From Vulcanimicrobiota bacterium (lineage in GTDB: Bacteria; Vulcanimicrobiota; Vulcanimicrobiia; Vulcanimicrobiales; Vulcanimicrobiaceae), in NCBI GenBank assembly GCA_963733295.1, contig CAVTCS010000003.1:2848001-2912000 (forward strand): DNA of 64,000 bases, written 5' to 3'. Of the stretch, positions 27,820 to 37,752 are shown in pieces. A program made the translations under genes and the position numbers. Position 1 is the first letter of the stretch, and each line of letters opens with the position of its first letter. The notes below the pieces were generated by a model that saw nothing but the letters and a program-made list of their open reading frames with translations, had not been told where the DNA came from and made no database searches.

Positions 27820-28259
27820 GCGGCGAGCGCGAGGCACTCGAGCGCATGCTCGAGGTGATGCGCGACAACCAACTCGATTCGCTCACCGTGCGCGTCGGCA
27901 GTTCGACGTACGAGCTCGTGCTGCGGCCGCAAACGCCTCCCGGCGCCGCGCCCGTGGCGAGCTACGCCGAAGCCGGATCGGCCGCGTTCGCGCCCGCGGC
28001 GGGGCCGGCTGCCGCGGCGAACTACAAGAAGGTCACCGCCCCGATCATCGGCGTCTTTTATCGCTCGGCGGCCCCGGGAGCCGAGGCGTTCGTCGACCTG
28101 GGCGACCGCGTCGAGGTCGGCCAGGTGCTGTGCATCCTCGAGGCGATGAAGTTGATGAACGAGATCACGAGCGACTTCGCCGGCGTCGTTCGCCGGATTC
28201 TGCCCGAGAACGGGGCACTCGTTTCGCTTGGCGAGGAGATGTTTTGGATCGAGCCATGA
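27816..28259 (+). CDS. accB: Acetyl-CoA carboxylase biotin carboxyl carrier protein
   Basis: APIIGVFY, ILEAMKLMNEI biotinylation motif; GTGA overlap with hisS. Confidence 0.93.
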   Translation: MSGEREALERMLEVMRDNQLDSLTVRVGSSTYELVLRPQTPPGAAPVASYAEAGSAAFAPAAGPAAAANYKKVTAPIIGVFYRSAAPGAEAFVDLGDRVEVGQVLCILEAMKLMNEITSDFAGVVRRILPENGALVSLGEEMFWIEP

Positions 28260-28849
28260 ACGGTACGACGCGCCGCACTTTCCGTGAAATGCTCGACGAC
28301 CGGGCGGGCCTGCTCGATGCAGATCGCTACGAAGCAGTCGTCGATCGGATCGCGCGGACGCTGACCGCCGCCTTCAATGCCGGCCGCAAGGTCCTGTGGA
28401 TGGGCAACGGCGGAAGCGCCGCCGACGCGCAGCATCTCGCCGCCGAGTTCAGCGGCCGCTTCTTGCGCGAGCGCCGCGCCCTGCCCTCCGAAGCGCTCTC
28501 GGTCAACACCTCCGCGCTGACCGCGATCGCGAACGACTACGGCTACGAGCGCGTGTTCGCGCGTCAGGTCGAAGCCTTCGTGCAGAAGGGTGACGTCGTC
28601 GTCGGCATCTCGACCACCGGAAACTCGAAGAACGTCGTGCTCGCGCTCGAAGAAGCCAAGCGCCGGGGTGCGACCACGATCGTCTTCTCGGGAAATGGCG
28701 GTGGACGCGCCGCCGAAGTGGCCGACATCGCGCTGATCGGGCCCGACGGTTACTCCGCACTCGTTCAGGAAGTCCACATCACACTCGGGCATATCGTCTG
28801 CGACCTGGTCGAACAAGCGCTGTTCGCGGAGCGCGACGCTGCGCTTTAA
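28256..28849 (+). CDS. gmhA: Sedoheptulose-7-phosphate isomerase
   Basis: GNGGSAADAQH.AAE, ANDYGY, ISTTGNS, QEVH. Confidence 0.95.
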   Translation: MNGTTRRTFREMLDDRAGLLDADRYEAVVDRIARTLTAAFNAGRKVLWMGNGGSAADAQHLAAEFSGRFLRERRALPSEALSVNTSALTAIANDYGYERVFARQVEAFVQKGDVVVGISTTGNSKNVVLALEEAKRRGATTIVFSGNGGGRAAEVADIALIGPDGYSALVQEVHITLGHIVCDLVEQALFAERDAAL

Positions 28850-29366
28850 GCCTGCGGCGTTTCTCGACCGGGACGGAACGCTCATGGAGGATTCCGGTTT
28901 CATCGGCGACCCCGATCGCATCCGCCTGCTCGACGGCGTCGCGGAAGCGTTGCAGCTGCTCGGTGCGGCCGGTCTCGAGCGGATCGTGGTTACGAACCAG
29001 AGCGGCGTCGCGCGCGGATTCTTCGAGGAGCCCGACGTGGTGCGCGTCAACCGCGCGCTGCAGCAGCAGTTGGAGCATGCAGGGGCCGGAATCGAAGCCT
29101 TCTATTTTTGCTCGCACTTAGAAGGCTGCGATTGCCGCAAGCCGCTGGCGGGAATGGTGCACCGGGCGGTCGCCGAGCGCGTCCTCGATCTGGCGCGCAG
29201 CGTCGTCTTCGGCGATCGCGCGGGCGACATGCTGATGGCGCAGGCTGCGGGCGTGCCCGGCATCCTCGTGAACCCGTACGGGGTCTACGACGGACCCGAA
29301 CCACTCTACCGCGCAACGTCGCTGCTCGAGGGCGTCCGCTTCTTCTTAGAGCGCGTGCATGCCTGA
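28839..29366 (+). CDS. gmhB: Heptose-1,7-bisphosphate phosphatase (probable CTG start)
   Basis: AAFLDRDGT lies upstream of the first ATG (28884); TNQSGV.RG, CSH...CDCRKP, GDR..D. Confidence 0.9.
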   Translation: MRFKPAAFLDRDGTLMEDSGFIGDPDRIRLLDGVAEALQLLGAAGLERIVVTNQSGVARGFFEEPDVVRVNRALQQQLEHAGAGIEAFYFCSHLEGCDCRKPLAGMVHRAVAERVLDLARSVVFGDRAGDMLMAQAAGVPGILVNPYGVYDGPEPLYRATSLLEGVRFFLERVHA

Positions 29367-30339
29367 AGCGCTCGCGACCTCCGGAGCGCGCGCGCTTTTC
29401 GAGCGCATGTCGAAAAAACGCGTGCTCGTCGTCGGCGACATCATGCTCGACGAGTGGGTCTGGGGCCGCGTCTCGCGCATCTCGCCCGAAGCACCCGTAC
29501 CGGTCGTCGCCGTCGACGATCACTCGTTCACGCTCGGCGGCGCGGGCAACGTCGCCAACAACCTGCGGGCGATCGGTGCGGAGGTGAGCTTCGCCGGCGC
29601 GATCGGCGGCGACGCGGAAGGCCGGCGCGTGTGCGAGCTGCTCGACCAAATCGGTGTCGAGCGTTCCGGCGTCGTGACGCTCGAGGACCGGCCGACCACG
29701 CGCAAGACGCGCATCGTCGCGCACAACCAGCAGGTCGTGCGCGCCGATTGGGAGTCGACGCTCAGCCTCGGGGCGCCCGACCGCGTGCGACTCGCGGCGC
29801 TGGTGGCACGCTCGGCGGCCGAACACGACGCGGTCGTGCTTTCCGATTATGCCAAGGGACTCTTCTCGCGCGATTTGGTCGAGGCGGCCGGCGCTTGCGA
29901 GGTGGTGACCGCGGATCCCAAGCCGCGCAACATCGGACTCTTCGCCGGCGTGACCTGCGTCGCGCCGAATGCCGCCGAAGCGGCCGATGCGACCGGCATC
30001 GCGATCAAGGACGACGCATCGCTGGATCGAGCCGGGACGGCGCTGCTCGAACGGCTCGGCTGCAAGTACGTGGTCGTGACGCGCGGCGAGAAAGGCATGG
30101 CGCTCTTCGGCGCGGACGGCGAGCGGATGCGCATTCCATCGGTTGCGCGAACGGTTTTCGACGTCAGCGGCGCGGGCGACACCGTGATCGCCGTGCTGAC
30201 GCTCGCGCTCAGCGCGGGCGCGTCGATTGGGCTCGCGGTGCAGCTGGCGAACTTCGCGGCGGGCGCCGTCGTCGGAAAGCTCGGTACGGCGACGGCGTCG
30301 CCGGGTGAGATTCTCGCGCTCGTCGCCGCGGATGAGTGA
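29359..30339 (+). CDS. hldA: Heptose-7-phosphate kinase (RfaE domain I)
   Basis: VVGDIMLD, RISPEAPVPV, GGAGNVA, SDYAKG, DVSGAGDTV. Confidence 0.94.
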   Translation: MPEALATSGARALFERMSKKRVLVVGDIMLDEWVWGRVSRISPEAPVPVVAVDDHSFTLGGAGNVANNLRAIGAEVSFAGAIGGDAEGRRVCELLDQIGVERSGVVTLEDRPTTRKTRIVAHNQQVVRADWESTLSLGAPDRVRLAALVARSAAEHDAVVLSDYAKGLFSRDLVEAAGACEVVTADPKPRNIGLFAGVTCVAPNAAEAADATGIAIKDDASLDRAGTALLERLGCKYVVVTRGEKGMALFGADGERMRIPSVARTVFDVSGAGDTVIAVLTLALSAGASIGLAVQLANFAAGAVVGKLGTATASPGEILALVAADE

Positions 30340-30832
30340 GCTCGCGGGCGGCCGCATCCTCGAGACGAATGCGGCGTGCGAATGGCGCGAGGAGTTGCGG
30401 GGGCGCAAGCTCCGCGTCGTCTTCACCAACGGCGTTTTCGATCTGCTTCACGCGGGACACGTCGCGTATCTCGAATGGGCCCGCGCGCAGGGCGATGCCT
30501 TGATCGTCGGCTTGAATCGCGACGAGTCGGTGCGCGCGCTCAAAGGCGCGCAGCGGCCGCTCGTCCCATTCGCCGATCGCGCCGCCGTGCTCGCCGGGCT
30601 GCGCGCCGTCGACGCGGTCGTCGGGTTCGCGGAGCGGACGCCCGAGGCGCTCTTGGATCGCTTACGGCCGGACGTGCACGTCAAGAGCGCGCAGTACCGC
30701 ATCGAAGATCTGCCGGAACGCGAGGTCGTCGCGAGCTACGGCGGCGAGATCCGGCTCGCACCGCACCTCGCCGGACACAGTACGACCGACCTCGTCGCTG
30801 AGATCGAGCGTAGGTACGGGCCGGGGAACTAA
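30332..30832 (+). CDS. hldC: Heptose-1-phosphate adenylyltransferase (RfaE domain II)
   Basis: VFTNGVFDLLHAGH, GLN.DESVR.LKG..RP, STT. Confidence 0.94.
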   Translation: MSELAGGRILETNAACEWREELRGRKLRVVFTNGVFDLLHAGHVAYLEWARAQGDALIVGLNRDESVRALKGAQRPLVPFADRAAVLAGLRAVDAVVGFAERTPEALLDRLRPDVHVKSAQYRIEDLPEREVVASYGGEIRLAPHLAGHSTTDLVAEIERRYGPGN

Positions 30833-30837
30833 ACGGC

Positions 30838-32076
30838 GTGCGCATCGCAATCACGAGCAACGGTCCGGGTGAATTCGCCGGCTGGGTGCGCCCGCTGGTC
30901 GCAGCGCTGCTGCGCTTAGCGCCCGAAACGGAAGTGACGCTGTTCTTCGTGCCCGACGACTTCGCGACCGGTCGCGAGCCGCAAGCGGCGCTCGCGCTCT
31001 TCCCGCGGGCCGGCATCGTGACGCAAGGCGAGTACGTTCGCTTCGCGCTCGGGGGCAGCGCCGCCGGCGCGCCGGAGTCGGTCGACGTCGTGCAATATCT
31101 CGGCGGCGATCTCATGCACGCCGCGCGCGTCAGCCGCCGGCTCGGCGGCAGAGCCAGCACGTACAAGTTCTCGCGCCCGCGCTATCGCGAACTGTTCGAT
31201 CCCGTTTTTGCGGTCGACGAGGCCAACGCTTTGCAACTCGAGCGCTGGCGCACGCCGCCGGAGCGCGTCAAGGTCGTCGGCAATCTGGCCGTCGACGGCG
31301 CGCTCGGCGAACGGGACGGAGAATTCCGTAAGCCCGGCGACGCCGACGACGCGCGGGTCGTGCCGGGCGGCGTGCTCTTCATGCCGGGAACGCGGCGTCA
31401 CGAAGTCGCGCAGATGTTTCCGTTTTTTCTGGCAGCGGCGAAGCGCTTGCAGGCGATCGCGCCGGAACTGCCGGTCGCATTCGCAGCCTCGCCCTTCACC
31501 GCCGATGACGAAATCGACGAGGCGCTTGCGGAAGGTGGCCTCGAGCGATTTTGGGGCGAGCGAGGCCGAGTCGTCGAGCGAGCCGGCGGACCGGCCTTGC
31601 AAGCCGAGGGAAGCGAGACGGCTTATCCTCTCGTGCGCGAGGCGATGCGCTACGCGCCCCATGCAAAACTCGTGGTGACGCTTCCCGGAACGAAGTGCAT
31701 CGAGTTGGCGGCGGTCGGCGCCCCGGCGATCGTCTGCACTCCGACGAACGTTCCCGAGCGCGTGGTCATCAACGGGCCGATGCAGTACGTCGACCGCATT
31801 CCATTTCTCGGCGATCCGCTCAAACGCGCGCTGGTGATGGCTGTCGACGCGCGCTTTCCCTTCGCGGCGCAGCCGAACATGGACGCCGGCGAAGAGTTGA
31901 TGCCGGAACTGCGCGGCACGTTGATGCCGGGTCAGGTCGCGAAGCGGATCGCCGCTTACGCAGCCGACGACGCGGCGCGCGCTACGGCAAGCGCGCGCTT
32001 GCGCGAACTCTACGCGAGTCACGCCGGTGCGGCGGAGCGCATGGCGCGCGCGCTGCTCGAGGACGCGGCGGCGTGA
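30838..32076 (+). CDS. LpxB-like GT-B glycosyltransferase
   Basis: SNGPGE N-terminus, VVGN, FMPGTRRHE, LPGTKCIELA, QPN...ELMPEL resemble the LpxB-related family. Confidence 0.65.
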   Translation: MRIAITSNGPGEFAGWVRPLVAALLRLAPETEVTLFFVPDDFATGREPQAALALFPRAGIVTQGEYVRFALGGSAAGAPESVDVVQYLGGDLMHAARVSRRLGGRASTYKFSRPRYRELFDPVFAVDEANALQLERWRTPPERVKVVGNLAVDGALGERDGEFRKPGDADDARVVPGGVLFMPGTRRHEVAQMFPFFLAAAKRLQAIAPELPVAFAASPFTADDEIDEALAEGGLERFWGERGRVVERAGGPALQAEGSETAYPLVREAMRYAPHAKLVVTLPGTKCIELAAVGAPAIVCTPTNVPERVVINGPMQYVDRIPFLGDPLKRALVMAVDARFPFAAQPNMDAGEELMPELRGTLMPGQVAKRIAAYAADDAARATASARLRELYASHAGAAERMARALLEDAAA

Positions 32077-32954
32077 CCGTCTCGGTCGTCATCGCGACCA
32101 AAGACCGCGTGCAGTTCTTGACGAGCGCGCTCGACTCGCTCGCGGCGCAAGTGGCCGCACCCGAGTTCGAGGTCATCGTGGCCGACAACGGCTCGAGCGA
32201 CGCGACCGCGGAGGCGGTTGCGCAACGCCAAGGCCGGCCTCACAAGCTCAGCCGAGTTTTCGTTCCCGAGCCGAATCGCGGCAAGGCGCGCAACGCGGGC
32301 GTCGCGAGCGCGACGGGGCGCATCCTCATTTTCATTGACGACGACGTGGAGTTGCCGCCGCACTTCCTAGCGGCGCACGTCCGCGCCCACGCCGGGACTT
32401 CCCCACTCGCCGTTTCGGGGCCGATCCTCAACGTGCCCGACTACGGCGCGCGGCACAAGCCGTCGTTCGCCAACTATTCGGGCGCGTTCTTTTGCACGTG
32501 CAACGTTTCGTTGCCCCGTTCGGTCTTCGTTGAAGCGGGCGGGTTCGACGAAGGTTTCGACCTGTACGGGTGGGAGGACACCGAACTCGGCTTACGCTTG
32601 CGGCGCCGCGCGGTCCGCCGCGCCTTCGCTTGGGACGCCTACCTGTACCACATCAAGTCGCCGGCCACCGAAACGCTCGACGTCGTCCTCGGCAAAACGA
32701 AAGAACGCGCGCGCATGGCGGCACGCTTGTTGCAAAAGGATGCGAGCCTGCGGATCAAACTGGCGACGGGCGCCTACGGCGCCAACCTGTGGCGCTCGCG
32801 GCTCACCGTTCCCGGTTGGACGCTGCCGCTCTACGCCTCGCTGGCTCGCAGCGAACGCATTCCCCGGCCGCTGCGGGCGCTGGCGCGCGCGCAGCTGCTC
32901 GACGGCGAGTACACCGGCGAACTGCGGCGCGCTCTGAGGGTCGCGCAGCATTAA
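32073..32954 (+). CDS. GT2 glycosyltransferase
   Basis: VSVVIAT, DNGSSD, ARNAG, FIDDD, GFDEGF..YGWED. Confidence 0.92.
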   Translation: MTVSVVIATKDRVQFLTSALDSLAAQVAAPEFEVIVADNGSSDATAEAVAQRQGRPHKLSRVFVPEPNRGKARNAGVASATGRILIFIDDDVELPPHFLAAHVRAHAGTSPLAVSGPILNVPDYGARHKPSFANYSGAFFCTCNVSLPRSVFVEAGGFDEGFDLYGWEDTELGLRLRRRAVRRAFAWDAYLYHIKSPATETLDVVLGKTKERARMAARLLQKDASLRIKLATGAYGANLWRSRLTVPGWTLPLYASLARSERIPRPLRALARAQLLDGEYTGELRRALRVAQH

Positions 32955-32973
32955 CATTCTGCCGCGCCGGCGC

Positions 32974-33942
32974 GTGCTGCTCGTGCGTTTGGACGGCATC
33001 GGCGATGCGCTCGTGTGCGCGCCCCTCGTGGCGGCGCTCAAGTCGGCCGGCCACGAGTTGGGCGCCGTGTTGTCGACGCGCAACCGCGAGGCGTTCGCCG
33101 CGGGAACCTTCGCGCACGTGCACGTTCTCGAACGCATTCCGTGGCCGAAGCACGGCAGCACGCCGGAGAGCCACGAGGCGGCGCTGGCGCAAGCGCGCGC
33201 CGTCGGCTACGACACCGCGCTCGTCGTCTCGGAGGAACTCGAGGCGTACGAGTTCGCGCGCGCGGCCGGCGCACGCCGGCGAATCGGCTTCGTCAACGGT
33301 TGGGAGAAACCGCTCAAAACCTTGCGCCTCCGGGCTTTGCTCGACGAGGCGGTCGTGCGTCCCGCTTCGGCCGCGCGCTCCGACGAACACGAGGTCGAGA
33401 CCGTCTTTCGCTTGGGTCGCGAGCTGCACGATGAAGCGCTGCCGACGCGCGATCCCGCGCGCCTGGCGCCGCTCGTGCTGGATGCGCCGGCCGCACCGCA
33501 CGGGCGCGTCGCCGTGCAACTCTCGCAGAAGTTGGCGCGTTTCGGCCTCGACGTGCGGACCTGGATCCTTATCCTGCGCGCGCTCGCCGCGCGCACCGGT
33601 CCGGTGCTCGCGCTGGCCGACGACGCGGAGTTGGCCGGCGCGGTTCGTGCAGCCGGAATCGACGTCACGCTGCCCGATGCGTCCGGCTGGAAGGCTGCGA
33701 TCGCGGGCGCCCGGGCGCTCGTTGCGCCGGATTCGGGCTCGGTCCATGTCGCCGGTTTGACAGGGGTTCCATCGCTCGCACTGTTTGCACCGGGCCGCAC
33801 GGTGATGCGCGACATCGCGCGCTGGAGCCCATGGGCGGCGCCCGGCAGCGCGCGCCTCGTCGCGCCCCGCGGCGGCGACTTCCTCGCTCGCGACGTCAGC
33901 GCAGACGTGGAGCGGCTCCTCGTCGAACCTTCGGCGCAATGA
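32974..33942 (+). CDS. GT9 (heptosyltransferase-like) glycosyltransferase; start may be ATT at 32950
   Basis: VRLDGIGD, PDSGSVHVA, LF...RWSP. Confidence 0.85.
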   Translation: MLLVRLDGIGDALVCAPLVAALKSAGHELGAVLSTRNREAFAAGTFAHVHVLERIPWPKHGSTPESHEAALAQARAVGYDTALVVSEELEAYEFARAAGARRRIGFVNGWEKPLKTLRLRALLDEAVVRPASAARSDEHEVETVFRLGRELHDEALPTRDPARLAPLVLDAPAAPHGRVAVQLSQKLARFGLDVRTWILILRALAARTGPVLALADDAELAGAVRAAGIDVTLPDASGWKAAIAGARALVAPDSGSVHVAGLTGVPSLALFAPGRTVMRDIARWSPWAAPGSARLVAPRGGDFLARDVSADVERLLVEPSAQ

Positions 33943-34949
33943 AAGCGCTGGTGATCTGCGCCGGAGGCGGGATCGGAGACGTCCTTTTGGCCACGCCGGT
34001 GATGCGCGCCTTGCGCTCGCGCTACCACGACGTCGTCGCGCTGACGACGCGCGCGCACGCTGCCGTGCTGCAAGATAATCCGGATCTCACGGAGGTCTGG
34101 CACGACGACGGCGTACCCTTCGCGAGTCAGAGCGGACGCATCGCGGCGTACGGTTTCGACGCCGCGGTCGTCACCTGGGCGACGCTGCGCAGCGCAGCTC
34201 TCCCGTTCGTGGGCCGGATTGCGCTGCGCGCGGGGCAGGCGCGCCGGCTCTATTCGACGCTCTTCAACCGGCGCGTGACGGTGCGCAGCGAACTGGGCGA
34301 CCGCACCACCCACTGGACACAGATTCTGCTCGACTTCGCGCGCGCTCTCGACTGCGACACGGCCGACGCGATGCCGTTCTTCGCGACGAATCCGGACGCA
34401 CGCGAAGGGGCCGCGCGACTGCTGCGCGAGGCGGGTGTGGATGGGCCGTATGCCGTGCTGCATCCGACGCGAGGGATCGCGACGCACCGCGAGCGCTGGC
34501 CCGTTGCGCGTTTGGGAGAACTCGGGCGCGCGCTGGGCGCCAGTCTCGAGTGCCGAGTCGTCGTGAGCGGGGCCCAAAGCGATGCGACGATCGCGGAGGC
34601 CGTGGCGCGAGGTGCGGGCGCCGTTTCGCTGGCCGGACGCACGACGCTCGCAGAGTTCGGCGCGCTCGCCGAGAACTCGCGCGCGGTCGTTGCGATGGAC
34701 AGCGGACCGATGCACGTCGCGGCCGCGGTGGGCGCGCCGACGGTCGGGATTTTTGCCTTGCAATCCGACGAACCGGATCGTTGGGCGCCGCTCGGTGCGC
34801 GGACCGCGCTGGTGCGGCCGGACTATCCGTGTCCGCCCGGCCACCGCAAGGAGAACTGTCCCGACTTCGCATGCGTCGCGAACCTCGAGATTCCGCGCGT
34901 GCTCGCGGCCTTGGAAAGCCTGCGCGCGCCCCGCGCCGGCGCACACTAA
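33939..34949 (+). CDS. GT9 (heptosyltransferase-like) glycosyltransferase
   Basis: GGIGDVLLATP, LAGRTTL, DSGPMHVAAAVG, RWAP. Confidence 0.92.
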   Translation: MKALVICAGGGIGDVLLATPVMRALRSRYHDVVALTTRAHAAVLQDNPDLTEVWHDDGVPFASQSGRIAAYGFDAAVVTWATLRSAALPFVGRIALRAGQARRLYSTLFNRRVTVRSELGDRTTHWTQILLDFARALDCDTADAMPFFATNPDAREGAARLLREAGVDGPYAVLHPTRGIATHRERWPVARLGELGRALGASLECRVVVSGAQSDATIAEAVARGAGAVSLAGRTTLAEFGALAENSRAVVAMDSGPMHVAAAVGAPTVGIFALQSDEPDRWAPLGARTALVRPDYPCPPGHRKENCPDFACVANLEIPRVLAALESLRAPRAGAH

Positions 34950-35858
34950 TGCGGGCCACGATTCAACTCTGCACCTACGATCGCGCGCACCTCTTGGGCC
35001 GCGTGCTCGAGGCGTGCTTCGAGCAGACCGTCCCGCCGGACAGCTACGAGGTCGTTCTCGTCAACGACGGTTCGCGCGACGCCACGCCGCAAGTCATCGA
35101 AGCGGCGCGCGGCGCAGGCGACCTGCGCGTTCACGGTGGTCAATCAGGAAAACGCGGGACTCGCGCGCGCGCGCAATCGCGGCATCGCCCGCGCGCGCGG
35201 CGAGCGGATCATTTTCATCGACGACGACGTGCTGCCGGTTCCTTCGTTCGTCGCCGAACATCTGCGGTCGCACGCGCGCTCGCCGGAGGCCGTCGTGCGC
35301 GGTGGAGTGATCAACACCGAGAGCTTCGAACGCTTGCCGGTTCCCGTCTGGACGCCGGCCAACTACAGCGGAAACTTTTTTTGGACGACCAACGTCTCGG
35401 CGCCGCTGGCGAAGATTCGCGAAGTAGGCGCCTTCTCGGAGAGCTTTGCGGAGTACGGCTGGGAAGACATCGAGCTCGGGATGCGCCTGCGAGCGGCCGG
35501 CTTGCACGGCGCGTTCAATCGCTTCGCGCTCGCATTTCACTACAAGCCTGCTCCTGAGGCCGCGGACGTCGAGGGAATGTTGCGGCAAGCACGCGCTCAA
35601 GCGCGCACCGCGGTCAAACTCCGCAAACTTCACCCCCACTGGCGGGTCGTGCTCGCGACGGCCGACGACCCCGTACGCCGCTCGCTCCATCGTTTGGGCC
35701 GGACGCTCGGCGTGCCGCAGCGCTTGGCCAAGATCGTGGCGGGCGCGGCGCGCGAGGGACCACTGGATGCGGGGCGCCTCGTTGCCGCGCGCGCGCTGGC
35801 GCGCGAGATGTACTTCGCGGAACTCGAACTGGCGCGCCGCACTACGCCCGACGCGTGA
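34949..35858 (+). pseudogene. GT2 glycosyltransferase interrupted by one +1 frameshift (~35111); may be a sequencing error
   Basis: MRATIQLCTYDR..NDGSRD in one frame continues as NQENAGLARARNRG, FIDDD, YGWED in the +1 frame. Confidence 0.8.
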
Positions 35859-36835
35859 AGATCGTCCTTTCCCGGCTCGACCGGATCGGCGATCTGATCT
35901 TGTCGACGCCGGCAATCGCCTCGGTCCGAGCTTCTTGGCCGGAGGCCGCCATCACGATCGTCTGCAGCCCGCACAACGCCGCGGTGGTCGAACGCAACCC
36001 CGACGTGGACGCGCTCGCGATCCTGCCGCGCGGCACCTCGCCCGGCGCCTTCGGGGCTGGTTTTCGCGACGCGTGCGATCTCGCGATCGCGCTCGCGCCG
36101 TGCGCGCCGGATTTTGCGCTCGTGCGCGCGACAGGCGCACCTGTGCGCGCCGGTTACACCTACGTTCGCCGCTATTTCGCGCGAGCGACGGCACGCTTCT
36201 ACCTCAATCGCGTGGGAATCTCGGAAGCCGACCCGGCACTTTGCGAGCGGGACACGACGCACCGCGTACGACACGAGGTCGACCAGCTCTTGAGCTTAGT
36301 CGAACTCGCGGGCGCGAGCGAGCTGCGCCACGATCTGGTCGTTCCGGTCGGCGATGCCGAACGAGCTGCCGTCGCCGCGGTTCCGGCGGACGCCATCGCC
36401 TTTCACTTGGGCGAACGCTGGCTGCGCGACGGGAGCACGCTGGCGGCCTCGCTCGAAACGATCGCCGCGCTCCGCCGCTTGGGACTGCCGGTCGTCGTGA
36501 CGTACGGCGAGGATGCGGCGGCCGCGGCGGACGAGGCGCGCGCGGCCGGTTGCGCCGATCTCGTCATCGGCAATCTTTCCTTCCTGGAATGGGCCGCGGT
36601 TTTCGAAAAGAGCCGGCTCGTGGTGACCGTCGATACGGGTGCGACGCATGTCGCAAGCGCCACGCGCAGGCCCACGGTGGTCTTGTTCGAACACCGCTAC
36701 TTCCACTTGAACTCACAGGAGTGGGCGCCGTATCGCGTCCCCTCCGTGTGCCTTCGAAAACCTGAGGGCACGAGTCCGAACGAACTCGCAGCGCTGCGCG
36801 AGTCGGTCGTCGCCGCTGCCGCTTCGTTGTTGTAA
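35855..36835 (+). CDS. GT9 glycosyltransferase
   Basis: SRLDRIGDLILSTP, VDTGATHVA, EWAP. Confidence 0.9.
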   Translation: MKIVLSRLDRIGDLILSTPAIASVRASWPEAAITIVCSPHNAAVVERNPDVDALAILPRGTSPGAFGAGFRDACDLAIALAPCAPDFALVRATGAPVRAGYTYVRRYFARATARFYLNRVGISEADPALCERDTTHRVRHEVDQLLSLVELAGASELRHDLVVPVGDAERAAVAAVPADAIAFHLGERWLRDGSTLAASLETIAALRRLGLPVVVTYGEDAAAAADEARAAGCADLVIGNLSFLEWAAVFEKSRLVVTVDTGATHVASATRRPTVVLFEHRYFHLNSQEWAPYRVPSVCLRKPEGTSPNELAALRESVVAAAASLL

Positions 36836-36838
36836 GAG

Positions 36839-37752
36839 ATGCCGCAAGAGCCCGAACTTTCCGTCGTCATTCCGACCTACAACCGCCTCGAGACGTTGCG
36901 TCACGTGATTCCGTCGCTGCTGCGCAACAGCTTGGCGCCCGAACTTTTTGAGATCGTGGTGGCCGATTCGAATTCGAACGACGGCACCGCCGAGTATCTC
37001 GCGCAGGCCGGCGCCGAGGACCCGCGCGTCCGGCATCTGCCGGGACCGTACAGCGGCCGCGCGATGGCGCGCAACGCGGGCATCGCCGCCGCGCGCGGCG
37101 AGGTCGTCATGTTCACCGACGCCGATATCATCGCGTCCGAAACGCTCCTCGAGCGGCACCTGACGCGCCATCGCTCCGCCGGCGGGATCGCCGTGGTCGG
37201 CATGGAGTTGCAAGTCGATTCGCTCGCAACGTACGAGCGGCTGCTGGCGCAGCCTGCCGAGCGGCGTCCGCTTCATCCGGATTCGCGGCGCAGGCTCACT
37301 TGGCTGTACTTCCTCACCGGCAACGCCTCGGTGCGGCGCAGCGATCTGGAACGCGTCGGCCGCTTCGACGAAGGCTTCACCGGCTACGGTCACGAGGATC
37401 TCGAACTGGGTTACCGCTTAGAGGCGGCCGGCGATTCGAATCGTCTACGAACCGCAAGCGGTCGACTATCACTGGCATCCGGTGCCGTACGGCGAGCAGA
37501 AAGAGAAGATGAGACTTGCCGGGCGCTCGACGGTTCGTTTCTATCGCAAGCATCGCGTCTTTCGCCGTGCGCGCGCGGCTCGGCATGACCTCGTTCTCGC
37601 TCGCGGCGCATCATCTGATCGCGAAAAACCCGGGACTCTTGGCGCGTCTCGAGCGGACCGCCGCGCAGAAAGGCGGCCTCTCGCGCAACCTCGTGTACCA
37701 GTACCACTACGTCAGCGGCATCAAGGACGCGTTGGGAGTTTCGGATGCGTAA
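36839..37752 (+). pseudogene. GT2 glycosyltransferase with two +1 frameshifts (~37433, ~37554); may be sequencing errors
   Basis: SVVIPTYNR, FTDAD, YGHEDLELGYRL then IRIVYEPQAVDYHWH..FYRKH, then AVRARLGMT..SGIKDAL in successive frames. Confidence 0.78.
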